The position numbers were made by a program, and so were the translations under genes. DNA of 64,000 bases, taken from Piromyces finnis finn (Eukaryota > Fungi > Neocallimastigomycota). The notes beneath the pieces are model-generated. The model ran no database searches. It was given only the letters and a program-made list of their open reading frames with translations, and was not told where the DNA came from. Positions 51,811-63,763 of this stretch are shown here, in pieces. Every line of letters starts with the position of its first letter. Positions within the stretch are counted from its first letter, which is position 1. The DNA is taken from assembly GCA_002104945.1 (NCBI GenBank), contig MCFH01000091.1, forward strand, positions 1 to 64,000, given 5' to 3'.

Positions 51811-54800
51811 ATGAAGTATCTATTAAAAATATTGTCTTTGATATGTTTGTTTCTATTTACTGTTGAAGTAAAAGGGGATGATAAATTTTATATCATTCAG
51901 ACTGTTTTTGAAGAAGAAAACACTGATTTCACACGGGAAGAATTTATATTAGATAAAATCAACAGTATAACTGGAGTCATTAAAAATAGTATAAACACAT
52001 ACAATAATATTACCTTTGTAGAAAACGAAATAAAAAAATTACTTTCTAATGATTATACAGAAGACACCAATCCAAAAAATACTATTGAAAAGAGAGGAGA
52101 TTATGAAAAATATTCATATAAACCTAATAACTTAATTAATTATATATCAAGTTTAAAAACAAGCACCGATGTTTTATATGGTTATCTTAATGAGGTTGTC
52201 GCTGAAGAAGTATCCAATATGGAAGGTATTATAAAGTGTATTGAAGATATTGAGTTAGGTGAAGACATTATTGAATCAGATTTTACAATCTCTTATCTAC
52301 CAAATGAAAACAAAAACGCAAATGCAGATAAAGTAATAGATACAGAAAACTTTGAAAATTACTACGACATTACAAAGATAAAAGAAGAAACCAATTGGAA
52401 GGATGTTAGAGTACAAAAAGAAGCGTATAGTCACCTTTCATTAATATCACAATATAAGTATGACAGTAATAACATCCATTTATACGACAATAATTATTAT
52501 ATAACTGATACTGCTGGTGAAGGAGTTGACATTTTTATTATTGATCGTGGAATAAATACAATACATCTTGATTTTACAGAAGACGATGAAAAAAACGAAA
52601 ATGAACAGATAAAAAGAACTGTAACATGTGATGCTATTATTCAAAATGGAACTATAGAAATTCTTAATCCTTCTGATAAGAGAACAAAAATTTGCAGTTT
52701 AGAAAAGAATGGTAAAATGCCAGTACATGGAACAAGAGTAGCTTCTGTGGCAGCAGGTTGTCATTTTGGTGTAGCCAAAAAAGCTAATATTCATGCAATT
52801 GCTACAGATATGTCTATTGGAAGTTTGTTACTTGCCTTAACCTATTTGAGAGATAATGCTAAATCAATCAATCCAAACAAAACCGTAGTGAATATGTCCT
52901 TTGGAGCTTATGATATTGAAGATTATTCTGTCTTAAATGATTTAATTAATGAATTATCAAAATTAGGATTTATGTTTGTAGCAAGTGCTGGTAATAATAA
53001 AGTTGATGGTTGTACTATACAACATGGTGACTTTCCAAAAATCGGCTATCATATCCCCTCCTTTTATGAGAATGTAATTAGTGTAGGTGCTATTGGTGAT
53101 GAAGAGCTTTATCAAGAAGATTATTTTAATGGTCAATCTTCTGATATTTATTCCATTGCTAGTTTTTCAAATTATGGATATTGTACTGATATATTTGCTC
53201 CAGGATACGTCTATGCCGCCTACCATCCTGAGCAATATATAAAAGATTTCAATGAGAACAAAGTTTCAAAAGGATTTATGTATGCAATGGGTACTTCCTA
53301 TTCCGCACCTATAGTAGCTGGAATTGCAGCTTTACTCATTTCAGAAAATAGAGATACTGTATATAACCAGAAAATCCTTAGGAATGAACTAGTCGAACTT
53401 TCTCAAAAAAATGTAATCGTGGATAATTATGTATTTAATAATATTCGGTTAGAAAATACTCCAAATAGACTAGTCAATAATGGTAAGAAAAGTGTTTATT
53501 CTCGTGATAACATTTACAATGATAATTCATGTGGAATATATGCTGGTAATAGAAAATGCCCAAAAATACCAAATTCAAGTAAATTAAATTGTTGTTCTAT
53601 CGATGGTATATGCGGATCTTCTACTAAGTATTGTTTACAAAGAAACGGTTGTCAATCTGAATTTGGTGAATGTGCTATAACATCCATCCAATATAAAAGT
53701 ACTACAACTAAATTAACTACCAATGCCAGTACATCATTAACATCAACTAGAACAACAACTGTAATCAAAACAATATTTACTCCTATAACAGAAAGTACCC
53801 CAACCATCACACCTACTTCTACTCCTGCACCTACAAGCACCAGTAGTAATACTAGTATTAATAGTAGTACAAGGTTGCTAGTATTAGTACTGGTACAGTG
53901 GAAAAATCGTATATAACTACAGATCATAAACTAGGCTGGTTATATATTACGGACAACTCAAATGAAAAAGAAAGATATTTATGTTTGTCATTAAACAGTA
54001 ATAATGTATATTCAAAACCTATTCTAAAGGAATGCTCTTATTCTGATTATAATAAATGGTATGTACCAATGACTAAACCAGGATATTATATCAATTCTTT
54101 TGATACTTCACTTTGTTTAGAATTAAACTCTTTAGACAAGTACTCAGGTGTTAATTCATGTTATGATGTAAGTTCTATACTTCCTGTGCTTAGTACTGGA
54201 AAAATTCAAACTAGTGATGATTATTGTTTTTCAATTTTAATTAAAGGAATTAATTATTTAGGTGGAATGGACTGCAAAAGTATCACTTCGGATTATCAAT
54301 GGAAATTTTCGGGAACTTATAGTAATATTGGTAAAGAAAATTTATTAGAAAAAGAAGAAAAAGAAAAAGAAGAAGAAGATGATGAAGATGAAGACTTCGT
54401 TGATGTAGATATTACTAATGGAAATTTCAGATCTTCTAATGCAGTTAAAAGTTGGATTTATAATCAAAAGTTAAAACTATGTCTTTCATGGAATGGTTCA
54501 ATTCTTTCTAGACCTTTATTAAAAAAATGTACCTATAATGATTTGAATTTATGGTATGTTGCAAATGATAAATTAAAGAAAGGTTACTATGTGAACTCAT
54601 ACGATAACTCATTTTGTATTTCCGTTACCACAACCAATAATGTAATAATAAAAAGATGTGATGAAAATGTGGTAATGTTTAAAAACAAAAATGGTACAAT
54701 TCAAAAAATGGACTCTGATAATTCATTATGCTTAGGTATTTTTAATTTTAATGAAAGCATAGATTATATAAATGAAAAAAATATAAAAATTGTAATGGAA

Positions 54801-54860
54801 GAATGCTCTAATGAGGACGATCAAAATTGGGTTGTCACCACTACTTTACCTGGACAGTAA
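51811..54860 (+). CDS. Secreted S8 subtilase - CBM18 - Thr-rich linker - two ricin-B-like lectin modules (~1016 aa if one frameshift is corrected)
   Basis: Signal peptide, DIFIIDRG / VHGTRVASVAAG / GTSYSAPIVAG, CBM18 CGIYAGNRKC..CCSIDGICG..GCQSEFGEC. A 1-nt shift at about 53872 (ACA AG GTT GCT) links to ORF 53898-54860, which has two similar LCL...PILK.C...N.WYV...GYY.NS.D.S.C repeats ending in QNW. Confidence 0.85.
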
Positions 54861-54928
54861 TAAACAATAATGATCAATAAAGATCAATAATAAAAAGTAA
54901 TAGAAAATAACATCTTTAAAAATAATTC

Positions 54929-55104
<176 letters not shown>

Positions 55105-58100
55105 GATATGATAGAGCAATTAAAAGATAATAGAAATAATAAATATTATAATTTCAATATCAATATTAATATTAATAATATTTAAGTAAAATTTAGTAAT
55201 TGAATTTTAAATGAATTAATATAAGGGTTTTATTTAATCATTAAAAATCCATTATTATTTATTTTTTATTTTTTATTATCATTATAAATTAAATTAGATA
55301 CCCTATTACCTTAATTTTTTATTTAGAATAAATCATATTTTAGTTAACAAATAATGGAGGAAATATAGATATATTTTTAATAATAATTAATATATTGCTA
55401 ATTTTGCAAAATTAGCAATACATAAAATGCTTCTATTGTTAGGGTTTTAAAAGTAGGATCTATAAATGATATCTATTATATTTTTGAACACTCAAAACAT
55501 ATATATATTATATCATTTTATATAAATTAATTGATTAAATCAAACATAAACACTACAATTTAAGTAATTAAAACCAATCACGTATAATTGATCATTAATG
55601 AATGGAAAAGAAAATAAAATCGATTAACAAATAAATATCGCTTTAAAATAAATGTATATAATATTATAAATCTATTTAAATTGAAACAAAATAGTGAAAT
55701 ATATCAATTTATATTTCTAATAAATTATTTAAATATAATAGTATATATATATATATAAACCATATTTTATTAAAGTTTTATATCAACGAAATGTTAATTT
55801 AATATGTAACATAATTTATATGGATATATGGATTAATCTCCACTTTTTTATTTGAAATTATAATTAAAAAAATTATATGTAACAAATATTTATGGAATAC
55901 TACAAAATATATTAAAATTTAATTAATTTTTTTTATATGTGTATGAAATAAAAAAAAATAGCCGTTTTTATACAATAAACATTTATTAAACTTATTCTAT
56001 TAAAATTTAAAAAATTTTATATTAATAAAACTTTAATTATAAGAATTACTACTAATTAAAGTTAATTAGTTAATATATATAAATATCTTTTAATTTTATT
56101 TTTAATATTAATCATATTTCTATTAATTTAGTTCCCCTATAATTTGGAAAAATAAAATATACATTTATGTATAATTTATTTTCTATATTTTACTATGTAT
56201 TATTACAAAAAAATAAATAAATAAATAAATAATCAAGGAATAGATCAACAATAATAATATATTTATTTTATTTATGATAATTATGAGTTAATTTAAAGGA
56301 TAATAAAAAATATCAATTTTTACTAAAGTACACTTTTTTAGTAAATTATAAAATTTGTTTTAATATAGTTCATTAAAAATATTCCAATTTAATTTTTTTT
56401 ATATAAATAAACTTTAAGTAGAATTAAATACAATAAAACCGGACGACACATTAATTTTTCAGTAAAAAATTCATATGGTTCAGTAAAATATTAAAAAATA
56501 ATAAAACTATAATAATAAAATATAAATTATAGAATTTTTAAAAATATAATATATAATTTTCTTTTTTACATATAATTATCAAAGTTTATATTAGTGCTTC
56601 ATAATATATTTAAAGATATTTTAAATGATGAAGAATATTACTTTTTATTTAATAAATTATTTTTTTTATAAAATAATATATTAATTGAGTCAGTTTATAA
56701 ATTGTATGAATTATACTAAATTTTTATCTATGAATATCATATATTTTTTAAGTTATTATTTTTATTATAAAAGTTGATTGGATTTACTAATACTTTTTTT
56801 TTATAACTAGGTATTTATTGGGTGATTATTAAAGGGCTTTTTTTTTTTTTTTAAAAAAAAAATCTTATTTTTTAAAGTGTAATCATACCTAATCCCTTAA
56901 ATATATTAATATATATAAACCTTTTTAACAAATTATTTTATTAATATGGAGAAAAATAAATAGATAATAAATATAATAATATATATTTTTAATATTTAAA
57001 ACGTACATATTATTTTATATAAAGCAATTAATTATATAAAATAAATATTGCCAATCATTTAAGCTCAATTATAAAAGAAATGTTACTAAAGTAATAAAAA
57101 GAATGAATGAATTTTAAAAAAAAAAAAATTAAATAGTAAAATATATATAATATTTTAAATTATTTAAATTAAAAATTAAATAAAAAAATTTATAGATTTA
57201 TCTAAAAACAATTTTAATCCATATCCATATAATAAAAAATATATATAAATTGCAACACATTATATAATATATATAAATTGAAACACATTATTAAGGGATA
57301 AATATACTAATTAAAAATTTATATTAATTTTCCTATTATGGAATATTTTTCAGTTGTGAAGTAATTCAATAAATTTTAAAAGACTTAATAATTATCTAAA
57401 AAATTAAAATATATAACTTGTGTGTAACCTGAAATATAAAGGGTTTCTTTTTTCTTTTTTTCTTTTTTTTTTTAATTAATTCCATTTCTAATTTAATTTA
57501 TTTTGTTTTATATTTTGATATTTTTAATTTATAAAATTTAAAATTTTAAATTTAATTAATTTATTAATTATAATATTTTGATTACTTTGTAATATATATT
57601 ATAATAAAAATATATATATGAATTTAATAAAGTTTAGAGTTTTTTCTTTTAATGATAAAGTGGGTTTTTTTTTTATTGAATAATATAATTGAAATTTATT
57701 ATTATATATATCCAATTTAAAAAAAATATATATATGTCGAGTCAACTTTAAAATTTCTATTAATTACATTCTTTTATTTTTTTCATAATATTTAATATAT
57801 TATTGTATATATAAATTATATTTATATATTTATGTGTGTATCAAATAATTTCTAATAATTGGACTAAAATAAATGTATAATTTTCTATCAGCATTTTTAC
57901 ACCTAGGTAATTATTAAATGATTACTAGAAAAAAAAATTATTAAAAATATATGTTTTGCTATTATAACCCGAAGCCTAATTCAAAACTCAGATATTAAAT
58001 TACATTTGTTATATAGTACCATTTAATAAAAATTATTTATAACACTAACAATTAAAAGAACCCTAAATATTAAATCATTACAATTAAATAAAAGCATTCT

Positions 58101-58399
58101 AAATCATTTTAATTTTTAAATGTGACTTTATTTTTTATTATATTTTATATTTATTTATTTTATTTTTTTTATTTTAATTTTAAAATTTATAATTATTATA
58201 TTTTATTTTTTTTATCACTAATTTAATTAATAGTTTAAAAATAATAAAAGTATTATTTTTAAACTATTTTATTTTATTATTTTAAATTTATCTCTATTAC
58301 GTTATTTTAAACTTTCTAAAATCTATTTATTTTTTATTTTATTTATCCTTAAATGTTTTTATTTTTTATTTTTTATTTTTTTATTTTCTATTTTAATTT

Positions 58400-61300
58400 T
58401 TAGTTAATTGTTATAGTTTTTTTGTTTTTTGTATTATATGTATAGGTACCTTTTTTTATTCTAGTAAACCCAAAGCTAGAATCTTTAGAGGGTTTATCAC
58501 ATGGGCGAGCTGTTGGATAATCATTGTAATATAGGCACATTTCTTTACCATTAATTTTAAAATAGTTGTTATTTTCATCGTAAATATTAATGGTAGTGCT
58601 ATCACTAACACCATATTTAAATTTATATTTTGCATTATTACATTTAACAATTGATAAATATTGGTAACCATCATTATTTTTACTATTACTTAATGAAAGA
58701 CAGTAATCGGATTTTGGTCCAATTTTTCCTGCATTTGCAGTTGATAAATACATAAAAGATGGCTTGTTAGTTGTAGAGAAAAGCCATGTATAGTAATTAT
58801 TACTACTTTCAATTTTAATTTTTGATGTTGTATTGCTAACATCCTTCGCACCAATTGGGAGTTTTGATCCGTTAATTCCGTTAAATTGATATCCATAATA
58901 TGTAGTGGATTGTACGACAGTGGTCACTGTTGTTTTAGGTTTTGTTGTAGTAGTTGTCTTCTTGGTTGTAGTAGTTGTTTTCTTGGTTGTAGTAGTTGTT
59001 TTCTTGGTTGTTGTAGTTGTTTTTTTGGTTGTTGTAGTAGTAGTTTTAGTAGTTGTAGTTGTTCTTCTAATGCTTGTAATCGGTGTTGTTGTTGTTGTTG
59101 TTGTTGTTGTTACAGGCTTTTTTAAAATGATATCTGGGTAAAAGAAAGTTGCACCAGATCTCCTTGCAATGATAATATGGAATGGATCATCAGATATATC
59201 ATCACTTACATAGTAAACACCCATACCATATACACCTTCAGGTGATTTATTTCCCATTTCATATAAAATCTTACCACTATCACTATAAAGTCTAAACAAG
59301 CCATCATTTTCTAAACGACCAAAACTAATTTTTTCCTTATCAGACTTGAATATTTCTATAGTGAACTTTTTTTTATTTGAATGTGCAGCCCATACCAATT
59401 TATCTTCGAATAATTGAAGAGAACGAACATCAGCACTATCTCTAATTTTTTCACCAGGGAATATTCTATCGTATCCATTTGAACTGTCAGAATCTAATCC
59501 TTCGATGAACGAAACCCTTGTCGTTTCTCCACAACTTTCGTATGAAATTTTTCTTGGTTCCGAAAATATGGTATATCCATTCATCTTTTTAGTAGGCCAA
59601 AGATGCCAAATATAATCAGGGACGTCTTCAATTAATCTTTTCTTTTTAATTGAATTCATATTTTCAGAAGAATTACTTCTTCTTTCTAAAACTTCCCTAT
59701 ACTTACAACCTATAGTATCTTCGTCATAATCAATTTCACCATCTAATACAGGAACACAATATTCTTCAAGTTCATCCATATCATTAAAAATGCAGAATGG
59801 AGGGACTAATACATTTCCTTCAATAGCTAAACATAACTCTCCGAAATCTTCAAAGCTAATTAATGATGTGTTATCTGGTGTATGAGTACTAATGGAAGTA
59901 GTAGTAGTAGTAGTGGTGGTGGTGGTAGTGGTGGTTGTAGTTATAATTTTATTTTGTGATGTTTGGTAACTTACCTTTGAATAAGAAGGTTTAATAGTAG
60001 TAATTGTTGGAATATTTGTACTGCTACTATTTGTTGATACATTATTATTTTTTTTAGTAGTAGTAGTAGTAGTAGTAGTAGTTGTTGTAGTTGTAGTTGT
60101 AGTTGGTTTTGGATCCATATCTGTATTATCCTTTGAAAGTTGTATTATTTTTAATTTTGATTCATATTTATTTTTAATAGAGCATAGATTATTATTATTG
60201 TATATGAAATATTCCCCGATTATTTGATAGAACGAATCTTCAACATCAAAATTTGGATTTTCCTTTTCAATAAGTTCTATCAATTCATATGCGAGGTCAT
60301 CTGGTATTCTATTTTTATCACGTTTACCGAGGTATGAGACGTTATTACCGGTTTTAGCATTATTTATATCCTCTTCAGAACAACATGGATATTTTGAATC
60401 AAGAATACTCGAACAACTTTTAACTTTTTCACAATCGTAATTATCAAGAATATAAGTATAATATCTGTTATTCACTTTCTTCATACAAATAGCTTCTCCA
60501 TCACCACCTGTACTCAATTTTCCGCCTAATAATTCACATTTTTTTTCATTATTACATAAAATGGAATCTTTTATGTAAAATTCACCGTTATCATTTAATG
60601 TAACTTCAAATGGTGGATTAATATTATTTCTATCTACATCTGGATTAATATAGGTACTGAATATACTGTAATTTTGGGAATCCCTAACAACCATTTCACC
60701 TAAGTCATTGATAAACATATGGTATGGACCCTTTGCATACCAAAGATTGGCTGTACTGGATTCCCACATAGTACGTGAACCATCTTTGAAAATAACATTA
60801 CCTTCACTATTTAAAATTAGTTTGAATCTTCCGTTGGGCGATATCATACCTTGGTTTTGATTTAAAAATATGTGCTTTGAACAGGCGTGTGTAGTCGAAA
60901 TAAATTTACCTGTATGAACATATTCAATATTTGTAAGAATACGGTTATGTATGTCACAATATTCATTTTCATAACAATACTTATCTGAAATTGAAGATTT
61001 AAATACGGGTGTTTCAATTTTTGTAGGCATTCTATAAGCTATTGGCATGACGTATCCTCTATAATGCTTGCAAGCATTCTTTTCTGAAGACCAAATTAAT
61101 GCACCCATTTCATCATATAATTCCACTCTGGCTCCGTACGATGGACTTACATTTTTAGTAGGGCCAGATAAAATTAATCGATAAAGATTTCTTGGTGATA
61201 CACCAACAGTAAAATCTAAATTATTAGGAAGTGAATCCCATACAGTTACCCATTCATCCTTAAGATATCCATCAACTAAAAAGTTTTTGGCTTCAATTAT

Positions 61301-63763
61301 TATATGACCTCGATTAGTTATTGAAAATCTAGATTGACTAGTCATCTTTCCAATAAAACTGGTGCCCGATTCCCAAATAATATTTTCACCAGTAGTCAAT
61401 ACCAAGTTTCCGTTACTCAATAATTTAAATTCGTACATACCTTTTGAAGTAGTTAATTTCTTATTTCCTTCTAAGTAAAAACCAGGCGTTAATTCATTTT
61501 TATCTACTATTTCATCACCGGAAGTAGTCACACCTATATTGACGGACGATTCAATTTCTTTGTTGATTACTTGGAAAGTATAAGAGGAATCAGAGACATC
61601 CATGACATCTAGACTACTATAAGTTTTCTCACCATCTCTTTCAATAATTGAAATTTCAGAAGTCACAATTTCATATGGGACTTGAATGATTTTATCTAAA
61701 AAGTTAGATATTGTGAAACTCTTTTCATTATTAATTCCACATGCAAATGGAATGATGGTAGAATGGACAAGTGGTCTAACAACAACGTATTTGTTTTGAC
61801 CATAAGTTAATGTGTATGAAGCTGACACACCGATGGTAACAGAGGTATTATTATTAAATGAATGGGCAATATCAACACTATAGGTTTGATCTATTGTCTT
61901 ACTATAGTCATCTGTATAACTGTTTCCTTCGGAATAAGAGTTGCTTTTACCATAAGTATGACTTTTACTGTTACCAAAAGTATCGGATTCGCCTTTAGAC
62001 CAACCGTTTTCACTTGTGTAAGAATTACTTATGGACTCTGAAATTGAATCACTTCTTGATGTATCTTTGGTAGAGGTTTCACTGTGTCCTCTTGTAACAG
62101 CGTCAGAAATTCCATTTGTATAAGTCTTTGTGTTACTCCATCCTTGAGAGTTTGTAATACTGTCGGACCATCCCTCGTTTCTTGAAGTACTGCTGTTTTT
62201 GGTAGCAGTAGCACATGATTCATCAGAACTATTTTGTCCATAGGAAACGGATCTTGAGTTGTCTTCTGTAACAGAATGTTCATAGCCAGTTTCAAGGTTG
62301 GTATTGATACTAGTACTTCCTCCAACATTAATAAATTCTCCTATTCCTGCATGAAATTCAGTGGTTTGTCCTACACTTAAATTGACATGTCCACTGTTCG
62401 TTGTTGATGTAGAGCGTGTATCACTAACATCATAGGACCTTCCAATGGTACTACATCGATTGACTGATAGATCGGATCCTTCGGTGTGTCCAACATCGAC
62501 ACTAAAAGTTGATGTACTGCTAGTATCTCTACTATATGTATCAGAAACAGAATATTCATTTGATTTAGTAATGGTTCTATCATTACTATCAGTAACGGAA
62601 TAAGAATATCCTGTACTGATTTCAGAAGTTTTAGAGATGTCTTTCGAAATAGTTTGAGAGTAGCTACCTGACTGGTCTGTGGATTTTGTTTTTTGATAAG
62701 AAATTTCAATGGTATCACCGATATCTTCACTTACACTTTTTTCCATATTTGTGGTGGTTGAATTTCCGTAGGTGAATGAGCTTGAGTTAGATTGAGCATC
62801 GGTTAATGTATAGGAATAACCAAATCCAATTTGTCGACTAAGATTAAATTCGTAAGTACATTTTTCTTCGTTATGGCAACTTATAACATCAACAATGATA
62901 GGTGCACCATATCCCAAACGGATATTTGAATTCTTAATCCCAGTAAGTTCTTCCAAATAAGGATTAGCCATAGGATTTTCACTGGTCAAAGGGATACATT
63001 GTAAAGGCTTCTTTCTATACTTTTCATAAATATCTTCAGTTTTAACTTCCCCAATATCATAAGTAATTTTACCAGTTAAACTTTCTGTTTCATTTGAAGC
63101 AACTTTAAGCATTTGATGAATCTCTGAACCATTATTAACTTTACTTTCTGATCTTTTCTTGAATTTTTTTGAATTTTTTGAATTTTCTGAATTTTTTGAA
63201 TTTTTAATATTATTTTTATTTTCATATTTTTTTTCTTCTTCTTCTTCTTCTTCTTCTTCAAATTTATCTTCATCATCATCTTCTAAATCTTTAGTTAGCA
63301 TTCTTGATACTGTAAGAATAACACCATTTTGTTTATAAAAGGAAAGCTCTTTTTCGTCGGGAATACCATTGCAGCAATAACTATATCCATCCCAAATGTA
63401 GTCTTCTTTCATGAAATCTTTAATACTTATATCATTTTTATTTTCAATCATAAATATTCTTCCATCCTTTAAATTACAAAAGTCGCAGTATTTTTTATCC
63501 AACATTTCAATATCTGTTGTTTCTTCTAAATCAATAGTATGTGTTTCCATTTCTTCATTAGAAATTTCGGAAAATACTTTAAATTCTTCGTTTTTAAGGG
63601 TGGAGGGATTAAACTCTTCCTTTAAAACTTCTTCAAAGATATCTTCAACGGTTTCAGTATTATCATTATTACTTATTCCACCATTAGGAACACTCTTAGC
63701 ATTTGTTTTATGTAATAATGATAAAATTAGTAATATATTAAAAGCAGAGATTCCCACTTTCAT
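58400..63763 (-). CDS. Secreted ~1787-aa multidomain protein: acidic pro-region, giant Ser/Thr beta-hairpin (aerolysin-like tip), bulb-type (B) lectin modules, dockerin-like motif, Thr linkers, C-terminal ricin-like module
   Basis: Signal MKVGISAFNILLILSLLHKTNA from ATG 63763 and a KKR site after the E/K-rich region. B-lectin motifs YEFKLLSNGNLVL..IIWESGT and SPNGRFKLILNSEGNVIF..TMWESST. Also CSSILDSKYPCC, poly-Thr linkers and C-terminal DYCLS..SIVKC..KFKY / MCL..PTARPC. Confidence 0.9.
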   Translation of the reverse strand: MKVGISAFNILLILSLLHKTNAKSVPNGGISNNDNTETVEDIFEEVLKEEFNPSTLKNEEFKVFSEISNEEMETHTIDLEETTDIEMLDKKYCDFCNLKDGRIFMIENKNDISIKDFMKEDYIWDGYSYCCNGIPDEKELSFYKQNGVILTVSRMLTKDLEDDDEDKFEEEEEEEEEKKYENKNNIKNSKNSENSKNSKKFKKRSESKVNNGSEIHQMLKVASNETESLTGKITYDIGEVKTEDIYEKYRKKPLQCIPLTSENPMANPYLEELTGIKNSNIRLGYGAPIIVDVISCHNEEKCTYEFNLSRQIGFGYSYTLTDAQSNSSSFTYGNSTTTNMEKSVSEDIGDTIEISYQKTKSTDQSGSYSQTISKDISKTSEISTGYSYSVTDSNDRTITKSNEYSVSDTYSRDTSSTSTFSVDVGHTEGSDLSVNRCSTIGRSYDVSDTRSTSTTNSGHVNLSVGQTTEFHAGIGEFINVGGSTSINTNLETGYEHSVTEDNSRSVSYGQNSSDESCATATKNSSTSRNEGWSDSITNSQGWSNTKTYTNGISDAVTRGHSETSTKDTSRSDSISESISNSYTSENGWSKGESDTFGNSKSHTYGKSNSYSEGNSYTDDYSKTIDQTYSVDIAHSFNNNTSVTIGVSASYTLTYGQNKYVVVRPLVHSTIIPFACGINNEKSFTISNFLDKIIQVPYEIVTSEISIIERDGEKTYSSLDVMDVSDSSYTFQVINKEIESSVNIGVTTSGDEIVDKNELTPGFYLEGNKKLTTSKGMYEFKLLSNGNLVLTTGENIIWESGTSFIGKMTSQSRFSITNRGHIIIEAKNFLVDGYLKDEWVTVWDSLPNNLDFTVGVSPRNLYRLILSGPTKNVSPSYGARVELYDEMGALIWSSEKNACKHYRGYVMPIAYRMPTKIETPVFKSSISDKYCYENEYCDIHNRILTNIEYVHTGKFISTTHACSKHIFLNQNQGMISPNGRFKLILNSEGNVIFKDGSRTMWESSTANLWYAKGPYHMFINDLGEMVVRDSQNYSIFSTYINPDVDRNNINPPFEVTLNDNGEFYIKDSILCNNEKKCELLGGKLSTGGDGEAICMKKVNNRYYTYILDNYDCEKVKSCSSILDSKYPCCSEEDINNAKTGNNVSYLGKRDKNRIPDDLAYELIELIEKENPNFDVEDSFYQIIGEYFIYNNNNLCSIKNKYESKLKIIQLSKDNTDMDPKPTTTTTTTTTTTTTTTTKKNNNVSTNSSSTNIPTITTIKPSYSKVSYQTSQNKIITTTTTTTTTTTTTTTSISTHTPDNTSLISFEDFGELCLAIEGNVLVPPFCIFNDMDELEEYCVPVLDGEIDYDEDTIGCKYREVLERRSNSSENMNSIKKKRLIEDVPDYIWHLWPTKKMNGYTIFSEPRKISYESCGETTRVSFIEGLDSDSSNGYDRIFPGEKIRDSADVRSLQLFEDKLVWAAHSNKKKFTIEIFKSDKEKISFGRLENDGLFRLYSDSGKILYEMGNKSPEGVYGMGVYYVSDDISDDPFHIIIARRSGATFFYPDIILKKPVTTTTTTTTTPITSIRRTTTTTKTTTTTTKKTTTTTKKTTTTTKKTTTTTKKTTTTTKPKTTVTTVVQSTTYYGYQFNGINGSKLPIGAKDVSNTTSKIKIESSNNYYTWLFSTTNKPSFMYLSTANAGKIGPKSDYCLSLSNSKNNDGYQYLSIVKCNNAKYKFKYGVSDSTTINIYDENNNYFKINGKEMCLYYNDYPTARPCDKPSKDSSFGFTRIKKGTYTYNTKNKKTITIN

